Positions 33,070 through 41,418 of a stretch of 44,053 nt of DNA are shown here, piece by piece (position 1 is the first letter of the stretch; each line of letters opens with the position of its first letter). The translations under genes and the position numbers were made by a program. A model generated the notes under the pieces. It was given only the letters and a program-made list of their open reading frames with translations. It did no database searches and was not told the DNA's origin. The DNA comes from a virus. The DNA lies in IMG/VR virus record IMGVR_UViG_3300046721_000236. One strand, given 5' to 3'.

Positions 33070-34244
33070 TGCCCACTTCCGTTCGGCTGCGCCTGCTGCT
33101 GGGCGGCTATGGTAGCACCAACCGCCGGGGGCAGCAGGCCATACTTCTTCAGGATGTCGATCGTCTTCGCATCGAACACAACGAAATTACGCGACACATT
33201 CCCGGCGGCCTCGGCGGCCTTTTCGGCAGCAGCTTGTGTCGGGTATGGTGTCATCGAACCTTTAATAAACCAGTTGTCGCCTAGTTTGTTCACGCCTGCC
33301 GTAATACGCGAGCCCTGATCGAGATATTTGATGCCGGGGATGCCTGCTTCTTTCAGTTCCAGCGATGCCACGTTTGGCCCTGCTATGCCTTCATCCTGTT
33401 TGAGCCGGTCAGCAATATGGTGATATGCCTCAGCGCCGGTCATAGTGTCGCGGGGAGGCGGTTTCCAAAATCCTCCGCTACTCATATACCGCTCTTGCGC
33501 GTTTGGTAGGAGCAGAGCTTTAACTTTTTCCTGCACGTCAGGATGCTGTTGACTCAGCGGCTTATCCCAATCGAGGAACTGATCCGGGTGCGCGTTGATC
33601 CCCACTTCATACATCTTTGGCGTATTGACCTGAATCAGCGAGGGATCAACGCTTTGCATTGTCTTGATTCTTGATTGCCACAACGCCGCTTGATCTGGCG
33701 CATACGTTTTATTGAAATCAACGGCTTTTTGCGCTTCGGCCATCCATGCGTCTTTACCCATCGCTTTCATATCCGCTAGATCGCGATGCATGGATGTGCC
33801 AGAGGGATATTCAATATTCTGATATCTCACCGGCGCAGCATCGCGGGCTGATCCTGTAAAGGCCTTCTTATACTCCTCAGCCACCTGTGGATTTTCCGCG
33901 AAATACAACCCGTGCCCGTAGGCTTGCGCGCCTTCCCCCGTCCCGATCTTGCTCGTATCGAATGCCTCGAAATCATGCGGGCTTCCGTGATACGCCTTGA
34001 TCGCCGCTGCAAATCGTGGGAACCGCTGCGCCACCGCATCAATCAGCCCGCCGCCCATCGGCCCGACATCCATCGCCGCGCCGACGCCCATCACCTGTTG
34101 CGGATCATCCAGCCCGAGCCAGCTCACCATCTTCCGTAAAATGCCCTGCCCAGGCGCATCGAACACCGACGCGCCATGCGGGTTGATACTCGCGGGCAGC
34201 TCCGGCTTCTGGATGACGAGCGGATTAGGCACCGCCGCCCCCAT
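33066..34244 (-). CDS. ART-PolyVal-like ADP-ribosyltransferase-domain protein encoded next to the portal gene
   Basis: AIKAYHGSPHDFEAFDTSKIGTGEGAQAYGHGLYFAENPQVAEEY (H and Y elements) and the distal LKEAGIPGIKYLDQGSR...NFVVFDAKTIDILKKY. Start set at ATG 34244. The track extension to 34328 is Arg-rich and lies inside the portal gene. Confidence 0.55.
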   Translation of the reverse strand: MGAAVPNPLVIQKPELPASINPHGASVFDAPGQGILRKMVSWLGLDDPQQVMGVGAAMDVGPMGGGLIDAVAQRFPRFAAAIKAYHGSPHDFEAFDTSKIGTGEGAQAYGHGLYFAENPQVAEEYKKAFTGSARDAAPVRYQNIEYPSGTSMHRDLADMKAMGKDAWMAEAQKAVDFNKTYAPDQAALWQSRIKTMQSVDPSLIQVNTPKMYEVGINAHPDQFLDWDKPLSQQHPDVQEKVKALLLPNAQERYMSSGGFWKPPPRDTMTGAEAYHHIADRLKQDEGIAGPNVASLELKEAGIPGIKYLDQGSRITAGVNKLGDNWFIKGSMTPYPTQAAAEKAAEAAGNVSRNFVVFDAKTIDILKKYGLLPPAVGATIAAQQQAQPNGSGQ

Positions 34245-36552
34245 TCGGTTGCTGCTTCGCTTGTTCCGCCGCCTGTTGCGCCATCTCCGCTTGATGCGCC
34301 TGATCGCTTTCCTGCGCCTGCTGGTCAATCACGGCGCCCTGCGATCCCTGCTCCAAGGCTTGCTGATGCGCCTGCGCCGCGAGATCCTTTTCATGCTGCT
34401 GCTTCATGCCTTGCATGCCGACCTCGTGCGCGTGCTGCAAACCCGTCGCGAGCCGTTCTTCCGCTGCCTCCGCCACTGGATCCAGCTGCGACTTGCTGGC
34501 CGAGATACGCGCGACGGCGATCGAAGTCGCGTTCTTCATCATTTGCAGCGCCAATTCCCGATCCGCATCCGTGTCAGCTTTATGCTTCGCAATCTGTAAA
34601 TCGGTCTGCGCCTTGATCTGCGTCTCCTGCAAACTGCCCTGCTGCTCGGCCTGCTTCGTCTGAATGAACTGCTGCGCCTTCTGCAACTCAGCCTGCATCT
34701 GCTGCATCTGCGCCTGCACAGCCGGCGGAATCTGCGGCTGATCGTTTTTGTCCTGCAACTGCGGCGGCAGCGCGTTCCGCAGCTTCTCCGCAATCTTGTG
34801 ACTACCCGGAAACGACAACTGCTCCACGTAATCCGGCGTGGCCACGGCGGCCATCTCTGGCGGCAGATGCGGAATCAGTTCGCCCAGCGCCTGCGCGCCC
34901 TCTTCCCGCTTCGTCGCCGTCGCCTTCCCGACCGAGACGGTCACGGCATAGCGCCCGTTGTTCAAGTCGTAAAACTTGTGCAGGCTGCCCTCGAGCTGCG
35001 CGATTTCCGGCGTGATGTTCGGCGGCGAGGGTTGCGGCTGCCCGTTCGGCCCCTCCTGGTAGGGCTGACCGACCATGACCTGTTCAGGCTCATCGTCCAT
35101 CCCCAGAATGTGAATAATCTGCCCCTTCGTCGTAATCTTCGGGATGATCTCGACCGCCAATTCCCCCGCGTAAATCAGCGCCCGCTTCACATTGTCTGGG
35201 TAATTACTGTTGGCGAGGTCTGATTGCGCCTGCAAGGCTTGCAACGCCCGCCCGCTCCGCTCGTTCGGGTTTGTATTCCCCAGTGACGCATCGCCCGTCG
35301 ACGTCGTCGCCTTAATCGCATCCTCGCTGACCCGCATCAATTCCACGGCGGCCTGGATCGGCGGCTCCGTCGTATCCAGCATCGGCGTCGGATACTCTTT
35401 CCCTTCCTGGTCCCACGGGTCAAACGGCAGATACGCGTGATTGATGATATTGCGCGTCTGCCAAATCTGCTTATAGTTTGCCACGCTCGCCGCCGCAATC
35501 ATCGGCGCGTTCTTCGGCGCCAGCGCGAAAATCTCCACGGCGCCGCTATACGTGTAGTTCACCATCCGCTGCGCGTCCATGCCCTCTTCAATCACGCCGC
35601 GCAGCCAGATCTTCCCGTCCACGTTCAACTCTTCGCCCAGAATCGGAATCAGCGGAATCCGCGAGCCGACCCAATCGAACGACTGCAACGATTGCACGGC
35701 GTTGATGATGTCGCACTTCACGCTGGGCACTTGCATGACGCGTTCAGCTTTGATGTCTTTCTTGTCATCAGGCTTTTCTTCAGTGACGGTCCCGTCTTGC
35801 AGTTGATACAGATGGCGCTTCGTGTAGACGATGCGGTAATACTCGGCAATCCTGATGCTCTCTTCACTCACCCATGAGGACCACTTCGACATATCGCCCG
35901 TGGACATGAAGGCCTCAAGCCCGCGCAGGTCCGCATCCGGCCACTTCCGTTCGTGCTCGTCCTTCGAGATATCATTCGTGACGAACGCCCAGCCCATATC
36001 GGAATATGTCGGCAGAACTGCCGAGGGATCACGATACACGCTCAGATTGTTCGTAATGCGCTCCATTCGCAGCGCCTGCCACATGGCCTCTTCGGTCAGC
36101 TCCCCGTCCCACGTCTCGTTGATGTAATCCGTGCGCAGCCGGAACCAGCCGATCCCGCCCTCAATCGCTTGGTCGGCCGCCCATTCAATCGGGGATTCCC
36201 CACGGCTGTTGTTCATCATCCAGCGCAGATAGCCCTTAAAGATATCGGCCGTATCCTGGTCGCTTGTGCCACCCGCCGGCAGCACGTCGAACCCAAAGCT
36301 GGCATTCTTGATGGTGTTGCTCACTTGCCGCACCGGCTGCGACAACCGATCGACCACGAGGCACGGCCGCGGTGGCTGCGGCGCCATCCCCTGCAGGCTG
36401 TTCCCGCCTTCGCGCGCCAGCTTAATCGCCGCCGGCCACTGGTCGCCCACCCGAAACTGTTTCGCGCGCACGATGCGATTGCGCTGCTGCTCTTCGGCTT
36501 CCGCCGCTCGGTTCCAGCGTTCGCGCGCTTCGCGAATCAGATCCTTCGCCAC
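34225..36552 (-). CDS. Portal protein (P22 gp1-like) with a Gln/Ala-rich C-terminal barrel
   Basis: GIGWFRLRTDY, IRIAEYYRIV, IPLIPILGEE and DAQRMVNY parallel P22 portal GVGAWRLVTDY, IQIAEFYEV, IPIVPVFGEW and DGQRLRNM. Has a long Q/A-rich helical tail. Confidence 0.85.
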   Translation of the reverse strand: MAKDLIREARERWNRAAEAEEQQRNRIVRAKQFRVGDQWPAAIKLAREGGNSLQGMAPQPPRPCLVVDRLSQPVRQVSNTIKNASFGFDVLPAGGTSDQDTADIFKGYLRWMMNNSRGESPIEWAADQAIEGGIGWFRLRTDYINETWDGELTEEAMWQALRMERITNNLSVYRDPSAVLPTYSDMGWAFVTNDISKDEHERKWPDADLRGLEAFMSTGDMSKWSSWVSEESIRIAEYYRIVYTKRHLYQLQDGTVTEEKPDDKKDIKAERVMQVPSVKCDIINAVQSLQSFDWVGSRIPLIPILGEELNVDGKIWLRGVIEEGMDAQRMVNYTYSGAVEIFALAPKNAPMIAAASVANYKQIWQTRNIINHAYLPFDPWDQEGKEYPTPMLDTTEPPIQAAVELMRVSEDAIKATTSTGDASLGNTNPNERSGRALQALQAQSDLANSNYPDNVKRALIYAGELAVEIIPKITTKGQIIHILGMDDEPEQVMVGQPYQEGPNGQPQPSPPNITPEIAQLEGSLHKFYDLNNGRYAVTVSVGKATATKREEGAQALGELIPHLPPEMAAVATPDYVEQLSFPGSHKIAEKLRNALPPQLQDKNDQPQIPPAVQAQMQQMQAELQKAQQFIQTKQAEQQGSLQETQIKAQTDLQIAKHKADTDADRELALQMMKNATSIAVARISASKSQLDPVAEAAEERLATGLQHAHEVGMQGMKQQHEKDLAAQAHQQALEQGSQGAVIDQQAQESDQAHQAEMAQQAAEQAKQQPNGGGGA

Positions 36553-36755
36553 TAGGCGACCTCAATCAACTGATGCTTCTTGCGCGGAATACCCGCTACG
36601 AGGTCGGCGATCTCGTGCACAAACAAACAATCGGGATGCTGGCAATGCGGGAACAGCACGGGATGGAGTACGCCATGCTGATGCACATGGACGCGCTGCT
36701 GCTCCGTCGTGGCCAATAAGAGCAGGTATTCCAGTTCGCCACGCGTCAGCGTCAT
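36552..36755 (-). CDS. Hypothetical His/Cys-containing protein (67 aa)
   Basis: Start moved to ATG 36755 (GGGGGAAG upstream, ATGA overlap with the preceding micro-ORF). 1-nt stop/start overlap with the portal gene. Confidence 0.45.
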   Translation of the reverse strand: MTLTRGELEYLLLLATTEQQRVHVHQHGVLHPVLFPHCQHPDCLFVHEIADLVAGIPRKKHQLIEVA

Positions 36756-36847
36756 TGCTTCCCCCGCATGTCGCACTTCACGAACCAGATCGCCACCGCC
36801 AAAATCACCGCTAACACGCTCGCCCAAATCGCATAGACCAACGTCAC
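36752..36847 (-). CDS. Micro-ORF, 31-aa single-TM peptide
   Basis: VTLVYAIWASVLAVILAVAIWFVKCDMRGKQ. GTGA overlap upstream and ATGA overlap downstream. Confidence 0.35.
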   Translation of the reverse strand: MTLVYAIWASVLAVILAVAIWFVKCDMRGKQ

Positions 36848-37014
36848 CGTTTCAACGCCTTCTCAAGCAGATCTGCGCATTGATCCAAGACCACCGCTAA
36901 CGCCTGATCGCCATCTGCCACGCGCTCCATCCCAGCGAGCCAGCGCAACTCCGCAAGTAATTGCTCGGCATGGGAGGCCGCTCCGCTGACTTTCATCGCC
37001 GGTCTTGACTTCAT
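36844..37014 (-). CDS. Micro-ORF, 56-aa helical protein
   Basis: MKSRPAMKVSGAASHAEQLLAELRWLAGMERVADGDQALAVVLDQCADLLEKALKR. ATGA overlap with ORF 37011..37403. Confidence 0.4.
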   Translation of the reverse strand: MKSRPAMKVSGAASHAEQLLAELRWLAGMERVADGDQALAVVLDQCADLLEKALKR

Positions 37015-37403
37015 CGTTTCATCCCCTTCAAGGCTTCGCGTTCCGCTTCAATCCCCGGCAGCGCCTGCCGCATCGTCTCTCGCCACTTCAGCGCATTCTT
37101 CGGGGCCAATAAGAGCTTGGCCTGCACGCGCGGCGGGCTCGCTAGTAACTCGAAATACGCAAAGATCGCATTGAGGGTGCCATCCTCTTCCCCAATCCGA
37201 TAGCCGCGCCAGATATCGCCCGCCACCTTGCGCCATTTCTCGCGCCCCTCGCACACAATCGTCAGCAACCGCGGCCGGTCCCGCTCAATCTGCCGGATGA
37301 ACTCCTGGATGTTGTCCGTCAACGCCCGCTCACGCGTCGTGCTGTAGCCGACAATGGGGAGGTCGGGCAGGTGGAACATTGGCACAGAGTCTACACCCTT
37401 CAT
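37011..37403 (-). CDS. Hypothetical protein (130 aa)
   Basis: ORF track. ATGA overlap with the TerL stop. Confidence 0.55.
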   Translation of the reverse strand: MKGVDSVPMFHLPDLPIVGYSTTRERALTDNIQEFIRQIERDRPRLLTIVCEGREKWRKVAGDIWRGYRIGEEDGTLNAIFAYFELLASPPRVQAKLLLAPKNALKWRETMRQALPGIEAEREALKGMKR

Positions 37404-38896
37404 CCCATCCAGCTTTGGCTAAACCCGCTAAACGACGGCTGCGGCACCGGCTCTTCTTTCTTCTTCCGCGCCACGGTCTGCGCAAACGTCAGCGCCAGCG
37501 CGTCCCCTTCATCCGGGCTCGGCACGTCTCGCGCCGCCATCTCTTTCTTCGACTCCAGCCATACCCGCTGCTTCAAATCCTCCCGCAACCCTGGCGCCGT
37601 CAGGTCGTTCTCGAGCCGCGGGGACGTGTCAATCGCCCCGTTGACCAGCCAGTCCTTCATCCGCCCCCACATCATGTCGCGCATATACCGGTATTTCTTG
37701 TCAGGACTGTCCGCGCCAAAGTTCACTTCGAGGAGGTTAGTGAAGCCCAATTCACGGAGTCGGGTCCCAACAGATCCTGCGATTCCTGCTGAGTCCAAGA
37801 ACAGCATAGATACGCGATGCCCTCCATAGCTGCCAGCCAGAACGTCACTGAGCCGGTTGGTGAGGACGGAAGGATCACGCGTGAGTTCACCGGCAATACG
37901 CACAGCAGGGATACTACGCGCGTCTCGACCACGTCTAAATCTGATGACGTTGCTATCCTTGCCTCCCCAGGCAAGGTCGCATCCAGCGACCAGCGGTTCA
38001 TCATCCAGCACCTCCACCTTCCGTTTCTGCGCCTCGCGCACGCGCACCGCATCAATAAACTGCGCATCCTCCGCATTCGGCGGCAAGCCTCGGACGCGTA
38101 CCCGGAACCGGTCGCTGTCCTCGCCCCAGTCTTCCAGCTGTTCCGCAATCAGCGCCTTGTTCGGAAACTGGCACGTCCGCGCATCAATCTGCCACGTCTT
38201 CCACCCGCGCCCTTTGCCCGCGAACACGATGTCGTGAAAGCTGCCCCTGCGTCTCGTCGGATTCCCAAACAGAAACTGCATCGGCTCCCCATCCGTCAAG
38301 CCGCCTTCTTGCACCTCGTGGATGATCTCCGGGACGTTGCTGTCTTCGTCGTTGATGTAAAAGCTCGTGCTCGCCGCATTGTGCTGGCCAGCGAAGCTCT
38401 CGCTGTTGTCCGGGTCGCACGTCTGCGGGCTGCACTTCCACTCTTCGCGATGGCCTTTGCGATACAGGATGGACGTGTTCAGCTCGAACCAGTCGCGCGT
38501 AATCGCCCGCTTGACCCATGTCGTAATCGAGGGCCACGTCTTATCCTGCAGCTGCGGCCCCGTGTTCGCCGTGATCACGCCCTTCGCATGGCGCCTCGTG
38601 CTCATGAGGAAGCTAACCAACATCCCCGTCAACGCGCCCTTCCCAATCCCGTGGCCGCTCGAGACAGCCGCGCGAATGGGCATCACGGGATGGACGCCAT
38701 CAAAGTCCCTCCGTTTAATCTCGCTCCCCAGCCACTCCAGAAACTCACATTGCCACGCGTCGGGCTCACGATAGTGCTGCAAGGGCCCTGGCTCGCCCCA
38801 GGGGAACGCGCCGCAGACCCAGGCAAGGGGATCCGCATAGAGGGACGCGCACCACTCCACGAGGTCGTCATCGTAGCTGCGTGATGGTGCGGGCAT
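37400..38896 (-). CDS. terL: Terminase large subunit
   Basis: Walker A-like SSGHGIGKGALTG, an ATPase core, and a C-terminal RNaseH-like nuclease (CDLAWGGKDSNV, FLDSAGIAGSV). 498 aa, upstream of the portal gene. Confidence 0.85.
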   Translation of the reverse strand: MPAPSRSYDDDLVEWCASLYADPLAWVCGAFPWGEPGPLQHYREPDAWQCEFLEWLGSEIKRRDFDGVHPVMPIRAAVSSGHGIGKGALTGMLVSFLMSTRRHAKGVITANTGPQLQDKTWPSITTWVKRAITRDWFELNTSILYRKGHREEWKCSPQTCDPDNSESFAGQHNAASTSFYINDEDSNVPEIIHEVQEGGLTDGEPMQFLFGNPTRRRGSFHDIVFAGKGRGWKTWQIDARTCQFPNKALIAEQLEDWGEDSDRFRVRVRGLPPNAEDAQFIDAVRVREAQKRKVEVLDDEPLVAGCDLAWGGKDSNVIRFRRGRDARSIPAVRIAGELTRDPSVLTNRLSDVLAGSYGGHRVSMLFLDSAGIAGSVGTRLRELGFTNLLEVNFGADSPDKKYRYMRDMMWGRMKDWLVNGAIDTSPRLENDLTAPGLREDLKQRVWLESKKEMAARDVPSPDEGDALALTFAQTVARKKKEEPVPQPSFSGFSQSWMG

Positions 38897-39030
38897 TATC
38901 GTCTCGGCCCCAACACCTTGGCGCGGAACCGTTCATACACCCATGGATAGCAGGCATCGAGGAGAATGACCACGCAGAAGATCGCCCCGCCCGTGAGCAC
39001 GCCCAGCAGAAACGTCTCATAGATGCTCAT
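38896..39030 (-). CDS. Micro-ORF, 44-aa single-TM peptide between the terminase subunit genes
   Basis: MSIYETFLLGVLTGGAIFCVVILLDACYPWVYERFRAKVLGPRR. ATGA overlap with the upstream gene and TAATG overlap with terL. Confidence 0.4.
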   Translation of the reverse strand: MSIYETFLLGVLTGGAIFCVVILLDACYPWVYERFRAKVLGPRR

Positions 39031-39449
39031 GGCTTCAGCTTCAGCAACGATCGCTCCTTCGCGCGATCGAGGGCCGTCGTATTATCCGCCCGAATCTCAA
39101 TCTCCTGCACTTGTTCCTTCGGCCGGTCAATCGCTCTATTCAGCAAATCCGTGAAGGCTTGCACGCTCGGGTCTTTCTCCCAGACCTCGATGACCTCGGC
39201 GTCCTGGTCGACGTCCTCGAGCGAGCGCACGCGTTCGAATTTACCCGTCTGCTTATCGCGATAGACCAGATATTGCAGGCCCTTCGCATTGGCCACCTGG
39301 GCATCGACGAGCGCCGGCAGATGCGCCGTGATGGTTTTGCGCACGTATTCGCGGGCCGCTTCCTTGGCCAGCGTTTTGAGGAGCTTGGTGCCTTTCTTGC
39401 GACCGGCACCTGGACGTTTACCGCCGTGATTGTTCTTCAAGTTAGTCAA
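39027..39449 (-). CDS. Putative terminase small subunit / DNA-binding protein
   Basis: Immediately upstream of terL. Basic N-terminus NHGGKRPGAGRKKGTK, typical of small phage DNA-binding or TerS proteins. The apparent start codon is TTG, so the start is uncertain. Confidence 0.45.
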   Translation of the reverse strand: MTNLKNNHGGKRPGAGRKKGTKLLKTLAKEAAREYVRKTITAHLPALVDAQVANAKGLQYLVYRDKQTGKFERVRSLEDVDQDAEVIEVWEKDPSVQAFTDLLNRAIDRPKEQVQEIEIRADNTTALDRAKERSLLKLKP

Positions 39450-39481
39450 ATCTTTGACGGTAGGAACTATACCCCCCTCAT

Positions 39482-39694
39482 GGGAATTCGGGAACGGAAA
39501 GAGGCGATGAAGGGGAGCTTATGCTTTCTATATATATTATTAGTTCCGGCGTTCCCATGTATATATGGGAACGGGGAACGGAATTGTTTCCTGAATGAAT
39601 TCGCACGAAACAGGCAGAGGCGAAAAAGCCGTTCCCAGAGGTCGGGAACGGAAACGGAACTTGGGAACGGCGGGAACGCGGGAACGCGGGAACG
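39482..39694. repeat. GGGAACG iteron array with AT-rich blocks (candidate origin or control region)
   Basis: Direct GGGAACG at 39490, 39567, 39574, 39644, 39663, 39672, 39680 and 39688. Inverted CGTTCCC at 39550 and 39630. Degenerate copies at 39482 and 39650-39660. AT-rich ctatatatattattag at 39529-39544. Confidence 0.85.
39550..39573. promoter_or_regulatory. 24-bp palindromic operator-like site CGTTCCCAT-gtatat-ATGGGAACG
   Basis: Perfect 9-bp arms around an AT-rich 6-bp centre. A second inverted pair, CGTTCCC-agaggtc-GGGAACG, lies at 39630-39650. Confidence 0.7.
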
Positions 39695-39698
39695 GCTT

Positions 39699-40652
39699 TC
39701 ATGAGCGCGTGACGAGGCTGTAACTATAGGGGTCGTGCCGCTTCCCGGAGCCATGACGGACGACGGCGCCTTCGGCCATAAGTCGAGCAATCGCATGGAG
39801 TTTGGTCTGCTTGCGTCCTTCGACCAGTTCGAGCCATTCGATATGGGTGAGGAGGGGGGTCGGGCTATTGGCGAGGGCGTCGAGGAGCTTCTGGCCAAAG
39901 AGTTTCTGTTCCGCGAGCATGCGACTCCCGCCGAGGGACACACGGCCGGTCGTGGAGAGGTTGAGGACGCATTCATCGAGGTCTGGGCCGACGCGTTGGG
40001 TCGTGGAGACGGTGCGAAAGCCGCCGCGCTTGGCGAGGACGATGGTGTTGTCCACGGAGCCCGCAATGGCCGTGGAGCCGAGGACGCTATCGAGGGCTTC
40101 ACGGTCAGCGGCTTTACCGGCGTGATGGAGGAGCAAGAGGGCGGCGCCCGTTTCCCTAGCAATGGCGATGAGCGGGTTAAAGGCCAAGGTCACTTGGGCG
40201 TAGTCTTCCATGGATTTGACGCGAATGAGGCGCTGGAGCGTGTCGACGATGATGAGGGCGGGCCGCTCGAGTTTGGCGCGGGCGAGCAGTTCTTTCATAA
40301 AGGCTGGCGTGGGGGCGGTGAAATAGCACTGGAGGCGGGCAGCATCGGCGGGCTCCAGGTCGAATTGCCGGAAGTGGGCGAGATGGTCTTCTTTGCGGCC
40401 TTCGAAGGCGAGATACCAAACGAGGCCAAAGGCGCATTGCGAGCCGAGCCACATGGATTCTGTGGCGACGGCGACGGCGAGGTGACGGGCCGCCGTGGTT
40501 TTGCCGACTTTAGGTTTCGCGACGAGGAGATTGACACTGCCGGCGGGGATGCGATCGGAGACGACCCAGTCGACGATTTCTGGGGGTTCGTTGAGGAGCG
40601 TATCGAGGCCGGTTAAGGCCGCCAGCGGAAACGGAACAACAGCCATGCGCAC
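39699..40652 (-). CDS. RecA-fold ATPase of the RepA/DnaB-like (AAA_25) type with a C-terminal winged-helix-like domain
   Basis: Walker A LVAKPKVGKTTAA, Walker B PALIIVDTLQ, LLLLHHAGKA, and the C-terminal ...EWLELVEGRKQTKLHAIARLMAEGAVVRHGSGKR. AAGGAG lies upstream. Confidence 0.7.
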   Translation of the reverse strand: MRMAVVPFPLAALTGLDTLLNEPPEIVDWVVSDRIPAGSVNLLVAKPKVGKTTAARHLAVAVATESMWLGSQCAFGLVWYLAFEGRKEDHLAHFRQFDLEPADAARLQCYFTAPTPAFMKELLARAKLERPALIIVDTLQRLIRVKSMEDYAQVTLAFNPLIAIARETGAALLLLHHAGKAADREALDSVLGSTAIAGSVDNTIVLAKRGGFRTVSTTQRVGPDLDECVLNLSTTGRVSLGGSRMLAEQKLFGQKLLDALANSPTPLLTHIEWLELVEGRKQTKLHAIARLMAEGAVVRHGSGKRHDPYSYSLVTRS

Positions 40653-40670
40653 TCCTTACTGAGTGAAGGA

Positions 40671-40737
40671 AGCCGGGCCATCGCCTGAGTAAGCAAGCGA
40701 TGCGCGTCGAGCGAGGGGCGGCCGCCCCCGCCCGGCT
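40671..40737. other. GC-rich nested inverted repeats in the 99-nt gap upstream of the ATPase gene
   Basis: Outer arms AGCCGGGC (40671-40678) and GCCCGGCT (40730-40737) enclose CATCGC-12 nt-GCGATG and the 14-bp palindrome GGGGCGGCCGCCCC (40715-40728). Confidence 0.5.
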
Positions 40738-40751
40738 GGGTTCATTCTACG

Positions 40752-41174
40752 TTAGCCAACAGTTTTCTCATCTGTCTGATTGCTACCTAATTGCCCGCGT
40801 AACCACTCAATCGTGTCGACGCTGGCGAGCTGCTTCGGCGTGAATTGGAAGACTTTCCAGCCAGCGGCCTGCGCCAGATTCAGCTTTTCATAATCGCGCT
40901 GGAGGCCTTTGCGCGTGCTGTGGTCGCGGAAGCCTTGCTGCTCGACGGCGACTCTCAGGCACGGCCACGCGTAATCGAAGCGGAAATCACGATTCGGGAT
41001 GAGGAGCACTTCGCGGGCGGGGATGGGGAGCTTCGCTGCGGCGCAGAGCTCGAGGAAGCGATCGAAGGGCTGGGCATGAGGCCGCAAAGGCAACGGCAGC
41101 GGAGGCGCGAGGCCATCCATGCGGCGGCGAAAGGCGGCGTATTCTTCGACCGTCCAGCGCAGCCCGTTAGGCAC
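40752..41174 (-). CDS. PD-(D/E)xK superfamily endonuclease (Vsr/DUF559-like)
   Basis: FRFDYAWPCLRVAVEQQGFRDHSTRKGLQRDYEKLNLAQAAGWKVFQFTPKQL fits the D...E.xG..H....D..K.N.....GW.V.rF pattern. GTG start. Confidence 0.55.
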   Translation of the reverse strand: MPNGLRWTVEEYAAFRRRMDGLAPPLPLPLRPHAQPFDRFLELCAAAKLPIPAREVLLIPNRDFRFDYAWPCLRVAVEQQGFRDHSTRKGLQRDYEKLNLAQAAGWKVFQFTPKQLASVDTIEWLRGQLGSNQTDEKTVG

Positions 41175-41418
41175 GCGTCATCTGCGATTCCGTGTAGCGG
41201 CGAATTTCCTCACGCCGGTCGTTGATTTGCTGGCGCAGCGCCGCATTATGTCGCAGGAGTTCGCCATTCTGGGCCAGCAGGATCTGGCTCATCTCCCGAT
41301 AAATCACCAATTCCTGCTCGAGCTCCGCTACATCCGCGGCGAGGTGTTCCAGCACGGCTTGCACGACGTGTTCTTTCGACATGACGAACCAGTATGGTCC
41401 CCCTGTCAATGCCACCAC
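41167..41418 (-). CDS. Coiled-coil hypothetical protein, first gene of the minus-strand array
   Basis: ORF track. A more likely start is ATG 41382 (MSKEHVVQAVLEHLAADVAELEQEL...). Confidence 0.45.
   Translation of the reverse strand: MVALTGGPYWFVMSKEHVVQAVLEHLAADVAELEQELVIYREMSQILLAQNGELLRHNAALRQQINDRREEIRRYTESQMTRA

Noticed and set aside
33066-34328. N-terminal extensions of track ORFs 33066..34328, 16578..17939, 20903..21283, 36552..36827, 12090..12581, 41119..41796 and 3817..4296.
   Set aside because: The extensions are Arg/His-rich, lie inside the upstream gene, and an internal ATG gives a canonical ATGA/TAATG coupling or has an SD. I used the shorter coordinates.
39663-39694. The tandem GGGAACG(C) repeats as a possible CRISPR array.
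   Set aside because: The units are only 8-9 bp with no spacers, and no cas genes are present. Iterons or operator sites fit better.
39467-40162. 231-aa minus-strand track ORF running through the iteron gap into the ATPase gene.
   Set aside because: It is out of frame with the well-supported ATPase, Ser/Pro/Ala-rich, and reads straight through the repeat array.
40715-40728. GGGGCGGCCGCCCC as a simple intrinsic terminator.
   Set aside because: There is no U/T tract on either strand, and the palindrome has no loop of its own. I kept it only as part of a larger nested structure of uncertain function.
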